From: the human T2T-CHM13v2.0 reference genome, Homo sapiens
NCBI RefSeq assembly: GCF_009914755.1
Contig: NC_060939.1
DNA length: 64,000 nucleotides
Reading direction: 5' to 3' (one strand)
Shown here: one piece after another, positions 1 through 20,739 of the stretch
How the letters are laid out: every line of letters begins with the position of its first letter
Position numbering within the stretch: position 1 is the stretch's first letter
Translations under genes and position numbers: made by a program
Notes under the pieces: generated by a model
Told to the model about the DNA's origin: nothing
Databases searched by the model: none
The model's input: the letters and a program-made list of their open reading frames with translations, nothing else

Positions 1-50
1 CAGGAGGCAACAGAGTGAGACTATGTCTCAAAAAAAAAAAAAAAAAAAAG
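1..50 (+). mobile_element. Alu 3' end
   Basis: gcaacagagtgagact..tctc followed by poly(A). Confidence 0.85.
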
Positions 51-453
51 AAAAGAAAATGCTTAATAAACTCCAGCAGCCTGGCCTCACAGAGCACCTA
101 CTGTTTGCCAGGCCTGTTAACCTCTCACAGTCACCACAGTGGCCTCACAAGGAAGATGTAATTTCACTCCATTTTACAGGTTAAGAAACTGAGGCTTAAG
201 CAACTTAGGTAGGGGACCAAAGTTAGTGTCAGGACCTGGGATTTGACCCTCCTGGGGTTTTGGCCTGGGGCCACAACTGACTGCTTTCTGCTATTTGTCT
301 GGAGGGTCTGTGATTTCAGATGGAGGCTCACCCCAGAGTCCTTGGGGCACCCCCACCTTTCCTGGCACTGGGAGGATACCCCAAGGCCTGGGCAGGTTCT
401 CCACCAGCTGGCTATGGCCCAAAGGAGAGGCTTCGGAGGACTTTCCCTTATAA

Positions 454-1582
<1,129 letters not shown>

Positions 1583-1651
1583 TGATAAGGATCTTTGAGA
1601 CGTCTAGTCTCACCTGCTGGTTTTAGAGAGGAGGAAATAACAGCTCAGAGC

Positions 1652-1900
1652 GGCCAGGGGAGGTGGTGGCTCATATGTGTAATTCCAGCACTTTGGGAGG
1701 CTGAGGTGGGCAGATGTCTTGAGGCCAATCTTCAAGGCTTGAGACCAGCCTGAGCAACATGGCAAAATCCTGTCTCTACAAAAAAAAATTAGCAGGGCAT
1801 GGTGATGCAGGCCGAAGTGGGAGGATCGCTTAAACCTGGGAGGCGGAGGTTGCAGTCAGCTGAGATCGTGCCACTGCCATCTCAAAAAAAAAAAACAAAA
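1652..1900 (+). mobile_element. Alu with internal deletions
   Basis: Alu consensus; TSD core agctcagag. Confidence 0.85.
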
Positions 1901-1940
1901 GCTCAGAGGGGACCTGGTATTGCCCATTTGTTTTGTTAAA

Positions 1941-1941
<1 letters not shown>

Positions 1942-1991
<50 letters not shown>
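1942..1991. repeat. (TG)25 microsatellite
   Basis: Uninterrupted TG run. Confidence 0.97.
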
Positions 1992-1992
<1 letters not shown>

Positions 1993-2369
1993 CTTTCTCT
2001 TGGTTTCCCATTAAAACTTCCTTTTTAAGAAATCCCAAGTTAACCGAATAACAGGATAAAGAGCTTTTTCTACACCCAGATCTGGTTAGTTCTGGGGGTC
2101 AGTGTTTCCCTGAAGACCATGTCTGGAGTTGGCAGCAGGGGAGGCAAGATCCCAAGGGAGAGATGGGTGTGGCAGATGGAGAATCTGTCTCTGACACTGC
2201 TGTGCATAAGCTGTGGCACCTGCAGTGGCTGCTCAGCCTCTTGGAATTGTAGTCTCATCTCTTAGGGGGAGACAATCACTCCTGGCAAGGCGATTTTGAG
2301 GATGAAATAAGATAATTTAGATAAAGCATTTGCTCAGGGCCCACCACATAGCAAGGACTTAGTAAATGG

Positions 2370-3230
2370 ATAATCATATGGTGTATTGGGCACCTACTCC
2401 ATGCCAACATTACATTAGGAGCCGTGGATTCCAAGTACAATAAAATGGGATCTTTCCTCAGGTTGCTCACTGCCAGTCAGGGAGACAGGCACTCCAACTC
2501 ATAAATGCAATGGGACAAGCTCTGTGTTAGACCCACAGGCAAATTCTGTGGCAGCAGAGAGCAGACATCAATGGGCTGTGTTTGCTGAGGGAATCAGTCG
2601 AAACCTGAGGAGGAGGTTTCTTTGCCTGGGCCTCAAAGGAGGAGTTAGAGTTTACAGAACAGAGGTGGCAGGGAAGGACATTGGAGACAGAGGGAACAGA
2701 GTCACAGTGGGTTACCGGGTTACTGGAGCCATGGTCAGCTCTTTGTGTAGTCTCCTATTGGCTATAAGTAAGAGGTGGGGGACTGGGAGGTGAGGTGGGA
2801 GAGGGGAGCGGGGATGCTGGTCACCCAGAAAGGTTGGACTTTGCCCTAGAGACCAAGGGAGTCTGGGGAGGGGGTCGTTTCAGGAGGTGGGGGGCGGCAG
2901 GTGGGGGTGTGGGGTGGAGACTGGAGGCAGGGAGGGTAGTTAGGAGGTAGTGACAGTGAACCAGGGGAGGAGTGGTGAGGGCCTGAACTGCAACAGTGGC
3001 ATTAGGGGTAGAGTGGAGGAGAACTGGGGACTTTGGGGCATTGTGAATGTGGGAGAGATGGAATGGGAGAGAGGGAATTCAGAGATGACTCACAGAGTTC
3101 TAAGGAAGTGGGAGTACCTTTTTGAGATAGGAAGCCCCTGGGGAGGGCGGGATGGGGAGAGGATGGTGGCCATGTGGAGGGGTCTGGTGAACTACTAGAA
3201 TTGAGCTGAGGCAAAAAATTGACAGTCAAC
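2370..3230 (-). mobile_element. L2 remnant
   Basis: Purine-rich degenerate L2 motifs (gggcctcaaaggaggagttagagttt, ggtgagggcctgaactgca). Confidence 0.55.
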
Positions 3231-3284
3231 GGGCATCCAGACAGTGGATAATTAAAGCCACAAGCACTGCTGAGTTATATCTTG

Positions 3285-4016
3285 TATGTTACTTAAGATT
3301 AGATTTGACTGTGACTGACAAGAGGCCATGGTGTCAGAAGAGTTCATCAGAGGCTAAACCTCAGCTCCGGGGGAGTTAGGCCAAGACAGCAGTGACACAA
3401 ATTCATTTATCTTGCATGAATTAAGTCTGGTGGTAGAGGCCATCTCTATCATGGCACTCCATGGTCATCTGGGACCCAGCCTCCTTCCCTCTTACTGCTC
3501 TGCCATCTTACCCCTTGACTTTGATTTCTGGACCCATGAGGTGATACAGCTGCAGCCCCCGCATAAGTGTTCTCACCCTTGGGAAGCAAGAAGGGGTATA
3601 GGATGCACACTTTCCCTTTAGAGACACTTTCTGGAAGTTGTACTGCTGCCTCATTGCGAGGGTGGTCTTGCAGCTAGCTGCCTGGTGTTTTTTTTCCTGT
3701 TGACTGTGTGCCAGCTGAAAATCAAAAGTCTTATTACTAAAAAAGAAGGGAGGGAATGGAGCTAGAGCAGTGTTTTTCAAATGGGGATGATGTTGCCTTC
3801 AGAGGACATTTGTCAATGTCTGGAGATATTTTTGTCACAAATGGGGACATTGCTACTGGCATTTAGTGGGTGGAGGCCAGAGATGCTGTTGAACACCCTA
3901 CAATGCACAAGACAGCCTCCCCGACAACATCTTGGGGGCTCCTCATCCAAAATATCAGTAGTGCTGAGGTTGAGAAACCCTGACCTAGGTGGACAACGTA
4001 TAGTCTCTTTGCCACA
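3285..4016 (-). mobile_element. old MLT1 (MLT1J/K-like) MaLR LTR interrupted by MER20
   Basis: Ends ...tttgccaca (reverse complement of TGTGGCA); degenerate MLT1 internal motifs. Confidence 0.5.
3768..3982 (+). mobile_element. MER20 (hAT-Charlie non-autonomous element)
   Basis: Termini CAGTGTTTTTCAA...TTGAGAAACCCTG; internal ggacatttgtcaatgtctggaga and ctactggcatttagtgggtggaggccag match the recalled MER20 consensus. Confidence 0.85.
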
Positions 4017-4364
4017 ACCAGGACGGGGTGTAGAGTGAGTGGACTAGTCACCGTAGATGTGCAAAGACACCTGTCCCTGGCAGACCATAATGTCAGGAGA
4101 GTTCAGCAGCAGCCCAGACCTAGGCTCTGGGGTTTTATCAGATTTGTCCCAGCTTAGTGGGGCTCTTGTCCTCAAAGAGGCTTTGTTTTGTTTGTGTCTT
4201 TTTGTTTTATTCATTTCTGTTTTAAAAACTATTTTTATTTTTTGTAGGAATAGGGTCTCACTATTTTGCTCAGGCTGGGCCCTTGTTTTATTCATTTCTT
4301 GATGTTGAATTCTGAAGCAGAGACCCAGGTTGGAGCCTCAAGGAAGAGGCTTAAGATAGAGGCG

Positions 4365-4662
4365 GGCTGAGCTCCGTGGCTCATGCCTGTAATCCCAGCA
4401 CTTCAGGAGGCCGAGGCAGGAGGAGCACCTGAGGCCAGGAGTTTGAGACCAGCCTGGGCAATGTAGCAAGACCCTGTCACTACAAAATATTACAAAATAA
4501 TTAGCCAGGTGCAGTGGCATGCACCTGTAGTTCTAGCTTCTCAGGACACTGAAGTGAGAGGATCCCTTGAGCCCATAAGTCCCAGGTTACAGTGGGCTAT
4601 GATCATGCCAACGCATTCCAGCCTGGGCAACAAAGCGAGACTCTGTCTCAAAACAAACAAAC
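4365..4662 (+). mobile_element. AluJ
   Basis: J-type diagnostics (ggatcccttgagccca, gctatgatc). Confidence 0.88.
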
Positions 4663-5710
4663 ATATATATATGCATTTCTTTGCCCACTAGCCACACCCC
4701 TGAGCTGCAGGTAGGGGAAAGAGTCCAATAGTCTTGGTAGCCAGGGCCAAGTTCTGATTCAGTCCCTCAGAGTGTGACCCAATCAGGACTTCTCCTCAGC
4801 CTCCTGGCCACAAGCCGGGGCTGGGTGGCCAAGGTGAGGCCCTTGTGGCCTTGAATCCGCAGAGATGCCAAGGCAGCCTTGCCAGCTTTGCCCAAATTGC
4901 TGGGCTGGCCTTTCTGTGCTTCCTCCCTCCCAACCAGCCTTCCAGCCTAGTCAGCTTTTCTGGGCCCCTCCCACCTCCATTTCCTTCCAGCCTGTGGCCT
5001 TGGGTCTGAAGGGAAGCAGCCCTGCCCCAGCTGTGGCCAGCGCCAGGCCATGCTGAGGCTGAGGCCTGTGGGTCCCCAGAGTGCCCAGGGTGTGGTGTGG
5101 GTGAGAGTGTGCTGGTCAGTGGGATGAGGAGAGTGCAAACAGCTCTGTCTCTGGGGAAGGCCAGGGGAGAAGAATAGATCCCAAGTCATTCTGAACATTT
5201 GGGGTGCCTGCTATGGGTGAGCAAAAGTCTCCTCAGACTAAACAGCCCTCTTCTTTTCTCTGTGAAAAGGTTCCCCTTGAGAGGAATTTGTCTCAAAATC
5301 ACCCCTCAGGCTTGGGCCAAGGTCAGTCTCTACAGTGGATCTGGGAGGCAGGGTTCCATGAACTCAGGAAGTATCTTCCAATTTGTTTCTGGAGGGCCAG
5401 AGGGACCCCGGAGTTTTTCAGCATTTTGAAATATACAAGATATTCAACAAGACTAGGTGGCAGATGGGACCAGATATGTGGCACAGACCTTTCAGCTCTG
5501 TGAGCTTTGACAAGTCGCCTAACTTCTGCTCTTCAGTTACCTCATCAGTTAAACGAGGAGAATTGTGCCCACCTGAGAGCTTGGAGATTAAATAGGATCA
5601 CGCATGCGTGGCACCTGGACGATGCCCACCCAGTACCCACGGGAGGCCCTCAGGAAGCAGTGGCTGTTACTATCATTGTATCATCACTCTGTCTCTCAGA
5701 AGAGCCTTTT

Positions 5711-5853
<143 letters not shown>

Positions 5854-6183
5854 CAAGGAGAGCCTTTTTACTCTTTTTCAGAAAGTCCTCCCTACAGCCA
5901 CCTCTTTCTGTAGCTCTGACCAAAGAAAGTCTAAGGTGAAGGGACCCCAGTAACCTACACTTTACAGGTGGAGAGGCAAGAGAAGGGACTTGCCCAAGGC
6001 CACCTGGGGTGCCTGTGGCAGGGCATCAACAAGCTCGGGTCACTGCAGCATTCTTCTCCCCACCCTCTTCCCATTCAGGAAAGAAGGCCAGTCCTGTCAT
6101 TTGTGCTGTTGTCTCAGACACCAAAAGGCTGTTTTCCTTCTGTCCAGCTCAGCATCGATGCCTGGAATCAGGAAGCAGGGTGA

Positions 6184-8047
<1,864 letters not shown>

Positions 8048-8254
8048 CTAATAGGGAATTCTGTGTCAGTCAAATTTCAGCTAGACCCTCCTCCTGTCCC
8101 CTCAAGACCCAGTTAAGATTGGCTCCAGAAAATTTTTAAAAAGTGGCCCTAGACTATTCAATAAATAGAGTTAGAAATTTGGTTACCCGTTCGAAAAAGA
8201 AAAAAGAAATCTTTACCTCACACTATCCACAAAAAATCAACTCTAGATGGATCA

Positions 8255-9285
<1,031 letters not shown>

Positions 9286-10087
9286 TCAGTTTTTGGGAGT
9301 AAAAATTGGCACAACTACTTTAGAAAACAATTTGACATGTTCATGTCAAGCTGAACGTATATCTAACTAGAGTGGTTGAGTGACTTGCCCAAGGTTATAG
9401 CTAGTGCATTTCAGAGCTGGGATTTGAACCAAACTGACTGGCACCAAAGAAGGGCAAAGGACACTGATGAAACACTCCCAGACACTGGGGCAACGGCTGG
9501 CCAGGGCTGGAATATTCTGTGACCCCCACAGGGGAAAACTAAGTGAAATATCTGAAAACATCACAAACATAGACACACTATCACAGCCTCACAGGCAGAA
9601 AGGGAACTTACCAGGCATCTGGCCCTGACACAGCATGAGCTCTGGAATGATGATTGCGGGTACACTGCCCTCCCTCCCTTCGTTTAGCCACTGTGCAGAG
9701 TGAACACCCACAGGTCTCAGCATGTGACTCTCTTCTGCAAGAGTCAGCCCAGTGGGGAGACAGACACTCCGGAAACCTAGATATGTGCTGGGCTGGGTGG
9801 CAGTGCCACAGCTGGGCACTTTACTCCCCAACATAAATGTAGGCATTTCTGTGTCTTGTGAGCCCATGAATCCTCATAAGACCCTGTTGAGTTGGGAATT
9901 ACTGCAGAGCTGTAACAGACAGAAAACCTAGGCCCACAGACAGCCAGTGACCTCCCATGGGCACACAGTTTGGGTGTGGCAGAGCGCGGTATGGAATCCA
10001 AGCCTTCTGGTGCTAAACCCTGCAGGATTCTGGCAGGTCACACTCCAGGCTCCCAAGCCAAGCAAGCGTTTGAAAATGCCTTCCCAT

Positions 10088-10400
<313 letters not shown>

Positions 10401-11464
10401 ATGCCCCTCTGTGAGCCACAGGCTCTGCCCCTGCAGTGGGCTATCTACCTGTCCTAGCTTGCTTTCTTCCTCAGAAACAGATGTTTCATCCTCCTACCAT
10501 TCTCTTGACTGACTCCACAATTGTGGCTAAGACAAACTGGGTGAATCACATCTAAAGCAGAAGCAAGTCTGCATGAACCCCAACACTTCCCCAGTCAATT
10601 TCCTGTGTTAGGTTCAGAGGGGTCATTTCAAACTCTCAGCATGTTCAAGACGAGACTGCCTATAAGGCCACGTCTTGGGACATGGTTTAGGGGAGGAGGT
10701 AGGAATATGTGGCAGGGCCCTCTGGCTATACGGATCTCCCTATCTGCTGGAAACTCCACCACTAAAACCATTCCTTTGTATCATTTCCCCAGAGGGATCT
10801 TGATAATTGTGAAACGCCAAACAACTTGCCAGCCATGAGTCCCAAATCACAGCTATGAAAGTGCTTTACAGTTTATAAAGTGATTTCACAGCGAAAAATG
10901 GGTTTGCTCCTCATAACAACTATGAAAGTTAGGGCAGCAATTTAAATGTGTCCATGGAATAGATGAGGACACTGAGTGAGGCCCTGAGAGGCAGAGGAAT
11001 TCCTCTGCCAATCAGAGCCCACACTTGAATACAGGTCTTTCTACTCCACATTGCATGTACCCCTGATAACTGGGAGTTGCCTTGGGAGCAGATGCTGATG
11101 GGACACAAAACAGGCAGATTTTGATAAGAAGGCAGATGATGAGGTGGAAAGGCTCTGAAGAAAGAGGTGGATGGCAGAGCTTGGCTAGAGGGGAGCAGGA
11201 CTCCCCAGGGAATCGAGGATCTGGGCAGGGGAAAGGGTAGCCTGGAAGCAGGGAGAGGTGGAGGATGAGCTCTGGGAGCCAGAACCTGAATTCTGTTCCG
11301 GCCCTGTTCTGAAGCCTGAGGGGCTGGAGTGGACTTCTCCTCTAGGATCTGTCTGCCCTGTCTGCTCTGAGGACCTGCCAGCTCTCCTGGGAGGCGCTCA
11401 GGGCATCTTGTGAGCCTGTCAGCACTGACCTTGTCACGCGGCTCATGACTGCTCCTCATCCGAC

Positions 11465-11520
11465 CTCAGATGAGTCAAGAGGGGAAGCAGGCGCAAAGGG
11501 CTTCCAGGGGATTCCCGGGA
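11465..11520. promoter_or_regulatory. candidate enhancer core with AP-1, ETS and kB motifs
   Basis: TGAGTCA 11471-11477; AGAGGGGAAG 11478-11487; GGGGATTCCC 11507-11516. Confidence 0.4.
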
Positions 11521-11953
11521 TGCAGGCAGCTTGGGGCCCTAGGGGAAAGAGCCTGGGGCTCTTCAAGGCTGGGCTATGAAGCCACCCTCCTCCCAGGGTT
11601 GAGGGGCAGTCAAAATATCCCCAAACCTAATGTGATTTCTCACCTGCCAAGTGGCAGCAGTGTGGCATCGGGGCATAAAAGCTGCTAACAGTGGGGAAAG
11701 GCCTGGCCCAGTGCCAAGCAGGCTGTGGGCGTCCCTAGAAGAATGAGCAGCGCAACTACAGCAGGAGTCCCAGGCCCTGGGCAGAGAGACACCCCTTTAT
11801 CGAGACCTACTACCTGCCAGGCACTTTATTTATTGGTAAATTTAATCAGATTTTGAAAACCACAAAATCTGGATACATTTGCATTGTGGTATTTGTTGTA
11901 ATTGTTGGATATAATTACATATACATGCTATAAAATATAAGATAGAACTAGAA

Positions 11954-12479
11954 CAAGAGTTCTTAATCTGGCATCTAAGGGAACCCGAAAGATCAAAGGA
12001 TAGAGTTCAAGGAGTCTAAAAATTTGGAAGAGAAAAAATATATATCTTTATTTTCACTAATTTCTACCTGAATTTTAGCATTCTCTTCAACGATGAATGT
12101 AGGCAACAAACCACAGCAGTATTAGCAGGACTCGTGATGATGTCACTAGCAATTACAAATATTTTCAAATCATATAACGGTTTTTGAAGATATTTCAAAA
12201 TATGGTTTATACTCATCACTATTTCAAAATTACAGCAGTTATTGGACCTATTATTAGCTCTTGATCTTCAGGCATTAATTAGGAAGCACTATCTAGTACT
12301 ATGTCGAAAAATTTTTTTTAATTGTTTGATGACTACATTTTAATACAACTGGTTTTCTTTGTAAGCCTATGCTAGTTTATTTTGTGCATTTCAGAACATT
12401 ATTCTGAGAAGGGGTCTGCAAGTTTTTACCAGATGACAAAGGAGGCCATGGCACACACAAAAGAGGTTAAGAACCCCTG
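11954..12479 (+). mobile_element. Charlie4a-like hAT element
   Basis: Terminal inverted repeats caagagttcttaatc / ggttaagaacccctg; internal atgaatgtaggcaacaaaccacag and ttctgagaaggggtc. Confidence 0.75.
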
Positions 12480-12537
12480 ATCTAGGTCTTCCCTGCAGTA
12501 TTTTAGGATATATCCACATTTTAAAAATGTGGATTTT

Positions 12538-14419
<1,882 letters not shown>

Positions 14420-14553
14420 TCAGTCTCCCCAGCTGTAAAATGAGGACAATGATATCTGCTCTTAGTTGGCAGGCACTAAATGAGATGGTAAATGAGAAAA
14501 TATTTGTGGTACAAGGTCACAAGGATCAAAAACTCCCTCACACTCAGGTATAG

Positions 14554-14888
<335 letters not shown>

Positions 14889-14989
14889 AGAAAATAACTA
14901 TTTCTATGTAAATTGGGGATCAAGTCTAGGTCGAAGGACTGACTTTCTTTTCCAATGGTGAACTCCCCTTCACGTGGATGGGAGAAATA

Positions 14990-15180
14990 GCACAGTTTCA
15001 GAATCAAACACTTCTGGGGTTGAATCCTAGCTCCCCCATGTCCTACATCTGGCCTTAAGCAAGATGGTTCACTTCTTTGAGACTCACTTTATCATCTGTT
15101 AAGTGGGGATAATAACAGAACACACCCCCCAGTGCTGTTGTGAAGATTAAATAAAATCCTCTGTGAAGAGCACTCAGCCC
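14990..15180 (+). mobile_element. MIR (one representative of about 20 MIR remnants, others near 60-240, 18320, 24100, 29320, 39500, 40700, 59000, 61250)
   Basis: MIR core: gttgaatcctagctc...tcatctgttaagtggggataataac...gttgtgaagattaaataa. Confidence 0.7.
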
Positions 15181-15217
15181 AGAGGTATGGGAAGACACAC
15201 CTCAAAAATGTTTATTA

Positions 15218-15504
15218 GGCCAGGTGTGGTGGTTCACGCCTGTAATCCCAACACTTTGAGAGGCCGAGGCAGGAGGATTGCTTGAGCCCAGGAGTTTGAA
15301 ACTGGCCTGGGCAACCCCATCTCTGCAAAAAGTAAAAAAAATTAGCCAGGTGTGGTGGTGCATGCCTATAGTCCCAGCTACTCCGGAGGTTGAAGTAGGA
15401 GGATTGCTTGAGCCCAGGAAGTTGAGGCCACAGTGACCGGAGATTGTGTCAACTGCACCCCAGCCTGGATGACAGAGCAAGACCCTGCCTCAAAACAAAA
15501 AAAA
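15218..15504 (+). mobile_element. AluJ
   Basis: Alu consensus. Confidence 0.9.
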
Positions 15505-16160
15505 GTTTATCTATATATATGATCATGATTATTCAGGATCCAAATCCTACTGAGTGAGTGAATGGGCCATGAGTAATTTAAGGTGGGCTGGGCCGCCCCA
15601 AGTGCTAGTGTAGTAAGGGGGCTGCAGGTAGATGGAAGTCCCTCCAAACCCTTCCCCCACCACAGGGCTTCCTCCTGAGAGGGAACACACTGCCCCACAG
15701 GCCCTTTTGTGTCAGGCCTTAGAGTGTGTGTACTCGGCCTCCATGATGGCCTCCTCTTCTGGAGCTGACCCCAGACCGCAGGGTCAGCTGGCAAGGGCCC
15801 TGGCTCTGTGACCTCTTTCAGTCCCTTGCGCCCAAGAAGCTCGCAGGCTGCCAGGCCCGATGCTCAGCTGCATGGAACTGGCCCCCTTGGCCAGGCCTGG
15901 AGGCCCAGGAGGGAGGGCCCCAGAGTATAGCTGCCTCCTCAGGGAGCCCCAGAGTCTCCCTCCGGTCAGATGGCTCCTCAGACAATGAGCAAGGCTGAAA
16001 CTGAGCTGGACAGAGGAGAATAGGAACCAGGACCTAAAACAAGGAGCTAAAACTGAGAGCGGAAGGGCACCCACAAAGGCCAAGTGGGGAGCTTCAAGAC
16101 CTCGTCAGAGCTGACTCCAGGGGCTACAGCTCACACTTCTGAGGCCTGCCTTTCCTCCTT

Positions 16161-16187
16161 CACACACACACACACACACACACACAC
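16161..16187. repeat. (CA)13 microsatellite
   Basis: CA run. Confidence 0.95.
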
Positions 16188-16221
16188 CACACCAGGGCCG
16201 AGAGCTGCATGACCCCTAGAG

Positions 16222-16501
16222 CAGTGATCCCCAACCTTTTTGGCACGAGGGACCAGTTTCATGGAAAACACTTTTTCCATGGACCTGGGGGTCAGGGGGT
16301 GGGGGGCAGTTTCATCAGGCATTCGATTCTCATAAGGAGCGCACAACCTAGATCCCTCACAAGTGCGGTTCACAATAGGGTTCTTGCTCCTATCAGAATC
16401 TAATGCGGCTGCTGATCTGAGAGGAGGTGGAGCTCAGGCGATAATGATCGCTAGCTGGACACTGACCTCCTGCCAGGTGGCCTGGGGTTTGGGAACCCCT
16501 G
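16222..16501 (-). mobile_element. MER1B (hAT-Charlie)
   Basis: cagtgatccccaacc...gggaacccctg; perfect 8-bp TSD ccctagag (16214-16221, 16502-16509). Confidence 0.88.
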
Positions 16502-16721
16502 CCCTAGAGGGACCAGATAGGAGGGGCCACCTCAGGAATCACCCTGTGTTTGCAAACCAGCATGGCCAGAGGCCACTATTTACTGCCACTGACCAAGGGT
16601 CCTCCAGTACTGTTTCTAAAGTTTCAGCCATTCATGTATCACTTTCCAGATTTTTGCTATTTAAACTATTATCCATTTAATATTTTCCTTTAAATCAATT
16701 CCTTTTAAAACTTAGCCTAGT

Positions 16722-17348
<627 letters not shown>

Positions 17349-17479
17349 TTAGCCTAGTCACAGGGCATAATTTCTGTGAAATCATGAATTTGATGAGTTT
17401 ATTAATTTTGTCCTGACTTATATTTGGATCAATATATTGTTGAAGTAATGATAATTTTATTTTTTAAATTTTGTATATT

Positions 17480-18272
<793 letters not shown>

Positions 18273-19641
18273 TCTAGGTTTTAAATTCATCTTGGGGTCC
18301 ACATTTTGGGAAACCACTCAGTGGAGAGAACAAAGATTTTGGGGGTTATACCATACAGGTCTCACTACTTTCTAGCCGTGTTACCTTGGGAAAGTAATTT
18401 ACCTCTCTGGGCTTCAGTTTTCTTTTCTGTAAAATGGGATCCTCTCACAGCTGTGGTGGGAAATGGGAGTGAGTACTGAGGATGGCCTTGGCCATAGTAG
18501 CTTTCTTCCTTCTCCTGGATCCTCCCTCCATCCCAGCAGAGTAACTTTGCCTGGAAGCCTGGTCTCTCTAGCTTTCTTCCTAACCACAGGGAGCTATTGC
18601 ATTTCAGGGTATCTTACTCTAAAGGCATGCTGGGAGGAGGTGAGCACTCCTTTGCTACCTGTCCTGGAGTTGACCAAGCCCAGGGGGAAGTGCCTCCTGG
18701 TGTCCAGCCTAAGTCCCCTTGCTGCAAAGTCAGTTCCTGCTCTTGTGTTCTGTTCTCAGTGGATGTGGGAATTAGTTAGAGACCCTCCTCAGAGGGGCAG
18801 CCTGATGATATGGAAAGGCTTATAGGACGCTGGGTTCAATCCTGGCACTCCCACTGTCTTGCTGTATGCCCTTGAGTGGGTACTCAATGCCTCTCTCTAG
18901 GTGTGGGTTTGCTCATCTGTAAAATGAGGAGGCCAGTTTTGACTGTGAACCCAGCCCTCTTCCCCACTTCCCCTCTCCCATTGCAGATGGGATGGGTAGA
19001 AGGGGCAGGGGCTCCTGCCTTTTCCTACTGAGCAACTAATTTGTGTTTCTCCTCTGGTCAAGGATGTGGGAACTGGGAGGGAGCAGGGCAGTGTGGGATG
19101 GTGGAGGAGAAGAAGTTGCTGATGAGAGTGGGAGGCTGGCTGCCACTAAGCCCTTCCCTACTGGAAACTCCTTCCCTGTCCCCTCCCCCAGACAACCTCA
19201 GGAAAGGGTCTAGGTGTTTCCACAGTGGTCTAGGAAGGGCTAGACCAATGTGGAGTGGACGACATGCCTGGTGTCTCCCTCTGGAGAGTGCACTCTGGAT
19301 ACTAATCTGAGTCTCCAAAAAGGAGAAAGGGTTAGGGATCATTTGGTCTCACCTTCCCTCCTGCTTTTACAGAAAGGGAACCAGAGAGGTATAGTGACTT
19401 GTTTATGTCATGCAGTGACTTGACAGCACAGTGGGACATGAACTTGGAGTCTTGGATGTGCAGTCCTGATCTTGCTCCCAGCACTGCTCAGGGAAGACAT
19501 TCTTCCTGCTCTGCCTTCCCACCTCTCCTCCCAGGCTCCTGTGATCCCCACAGGGAGAGCTAGAGCTTCTATAAAAACTGCTGTAATTGATTCTTAACAG
19601 GAAGTGAGGGCTTTTTCACTTTGAGTTGACAACCACAGCAG

Positions 19642-19643
<2 letters not shown>

Positions 19644-19694
<51 letters not shown>

Positions 19695-19700
19695 AACACA
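19644..19700. repeat. compound (AC)n microsatellite
   Basis: AC run with two CAAA interruptions, abutting an MST LTR. Confidence 0.95.
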
Positions 19701-19707
19701 GACATAC

Positions 19708-20140
19708 AGTTAAGGTTTAAATATCTGTCCCCTCTGAAACTCATGTTGAAACTTATTCCCCAATGTGGCAGTAGTGAAAAGTGGGATCTTCAAGAGGTGA
19801 TTGGGCCATGAGGACTCTGCCCTCATGAATAGATTAATTCATTCATGGATTAATGGATTAATGGGTTCATGGATTAATGGGTTATCACGGGAATTGGACT
19901 GTTGGCTTTATAATAAGAGGAAGAGAGATCTGAGCTAACATGCTCAACCCCATCACCATGTGATGCCCTTCAGGGCCTCAGGACTCCGCAGAGTCCCCAC
20001 CACCAAGAAGGACCTCACAAGGTGCAGCCCTTCAACCTTGGACTTCTCATTCTCCAGCACTGCAAGAAAGAATTCCTTTTCTTTATAAATTACCCAGTTT
20101 CAGGTACTCTGTTACAAATAACAGAAAACCGACTAAGACA
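19708..20140 (+). mobile_element. MSTC-like MaLR solo LTR
   Basis: aaactcatgttgaaact..ccccaatgtggcag; atggatta repeats; ends aacagaaaaccgactaagaca. Confidence 0.8.
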
Positions 20141-20526
20141 CACACACCCCAAGTTTGTACACAACCATGTGCACACACACAGTCACTTGCCCATACTCCT
20201 ACGCATTCAGGCACCCAGCTGGGAACACAGCGTGCCTTTCTTTCTAGTGCCACAAGATACCCATTTATAGGCTTCCAGCTTGTGCCCTCTGACCTGCCTT
20301 ACATTTTGATAGTAGAGGGTGGATTTGAGGGGGAAGAGCAGAGACCACAAGACCAGGCAGGGTTTCCTCAGTGGCTGCACTGCAGGGATTCAATGGGCAG
20401 CAAAGGCCCCCACACCCCAGGCTGGGCCTCATGGCTGAGACTCATCAGTCTTGGGCCTGGAGGGGCTGCTCTCAGTCTAACAGGCCTGACTGACAGGGAA
20501 ACCACCAATTTGTCATTGGGTTCCAA

Positions 20527-20708
20527 TCCCGAGTAGCTGGGATTACAGGCGTGCGCCATGACGCCTGGCTAATTTGTTTTGTATTTTTAGTACAGATGGG
20601 GTTTCACCATATTCGCCAGGCTGGTCTCAAACTCCTGACCTCAGGTGATCTGCCCGCCTTGGTCTCCCAAAGTCCTGGGATTACAGCCGTTAGCCACCTC
20701 ACCCGGCC
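20527..20708 (-). mobile_element. Alu fragment lacking its 3' end
   Basis: Starts abruptly at tcccgagtagctggg and runs to the Alu 5' end ggcc. Confidence 0.88.
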
Positions 20709-20739
20709 AGACAAATGTTTGTTGCATGAATGTCTTGCC

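Noticed and set aside
19835-19885. Tandem atggatta/atgggtt repeats
   Set aside because: Part of the MST LTR consensus; not a CRISPR-like or novel array.
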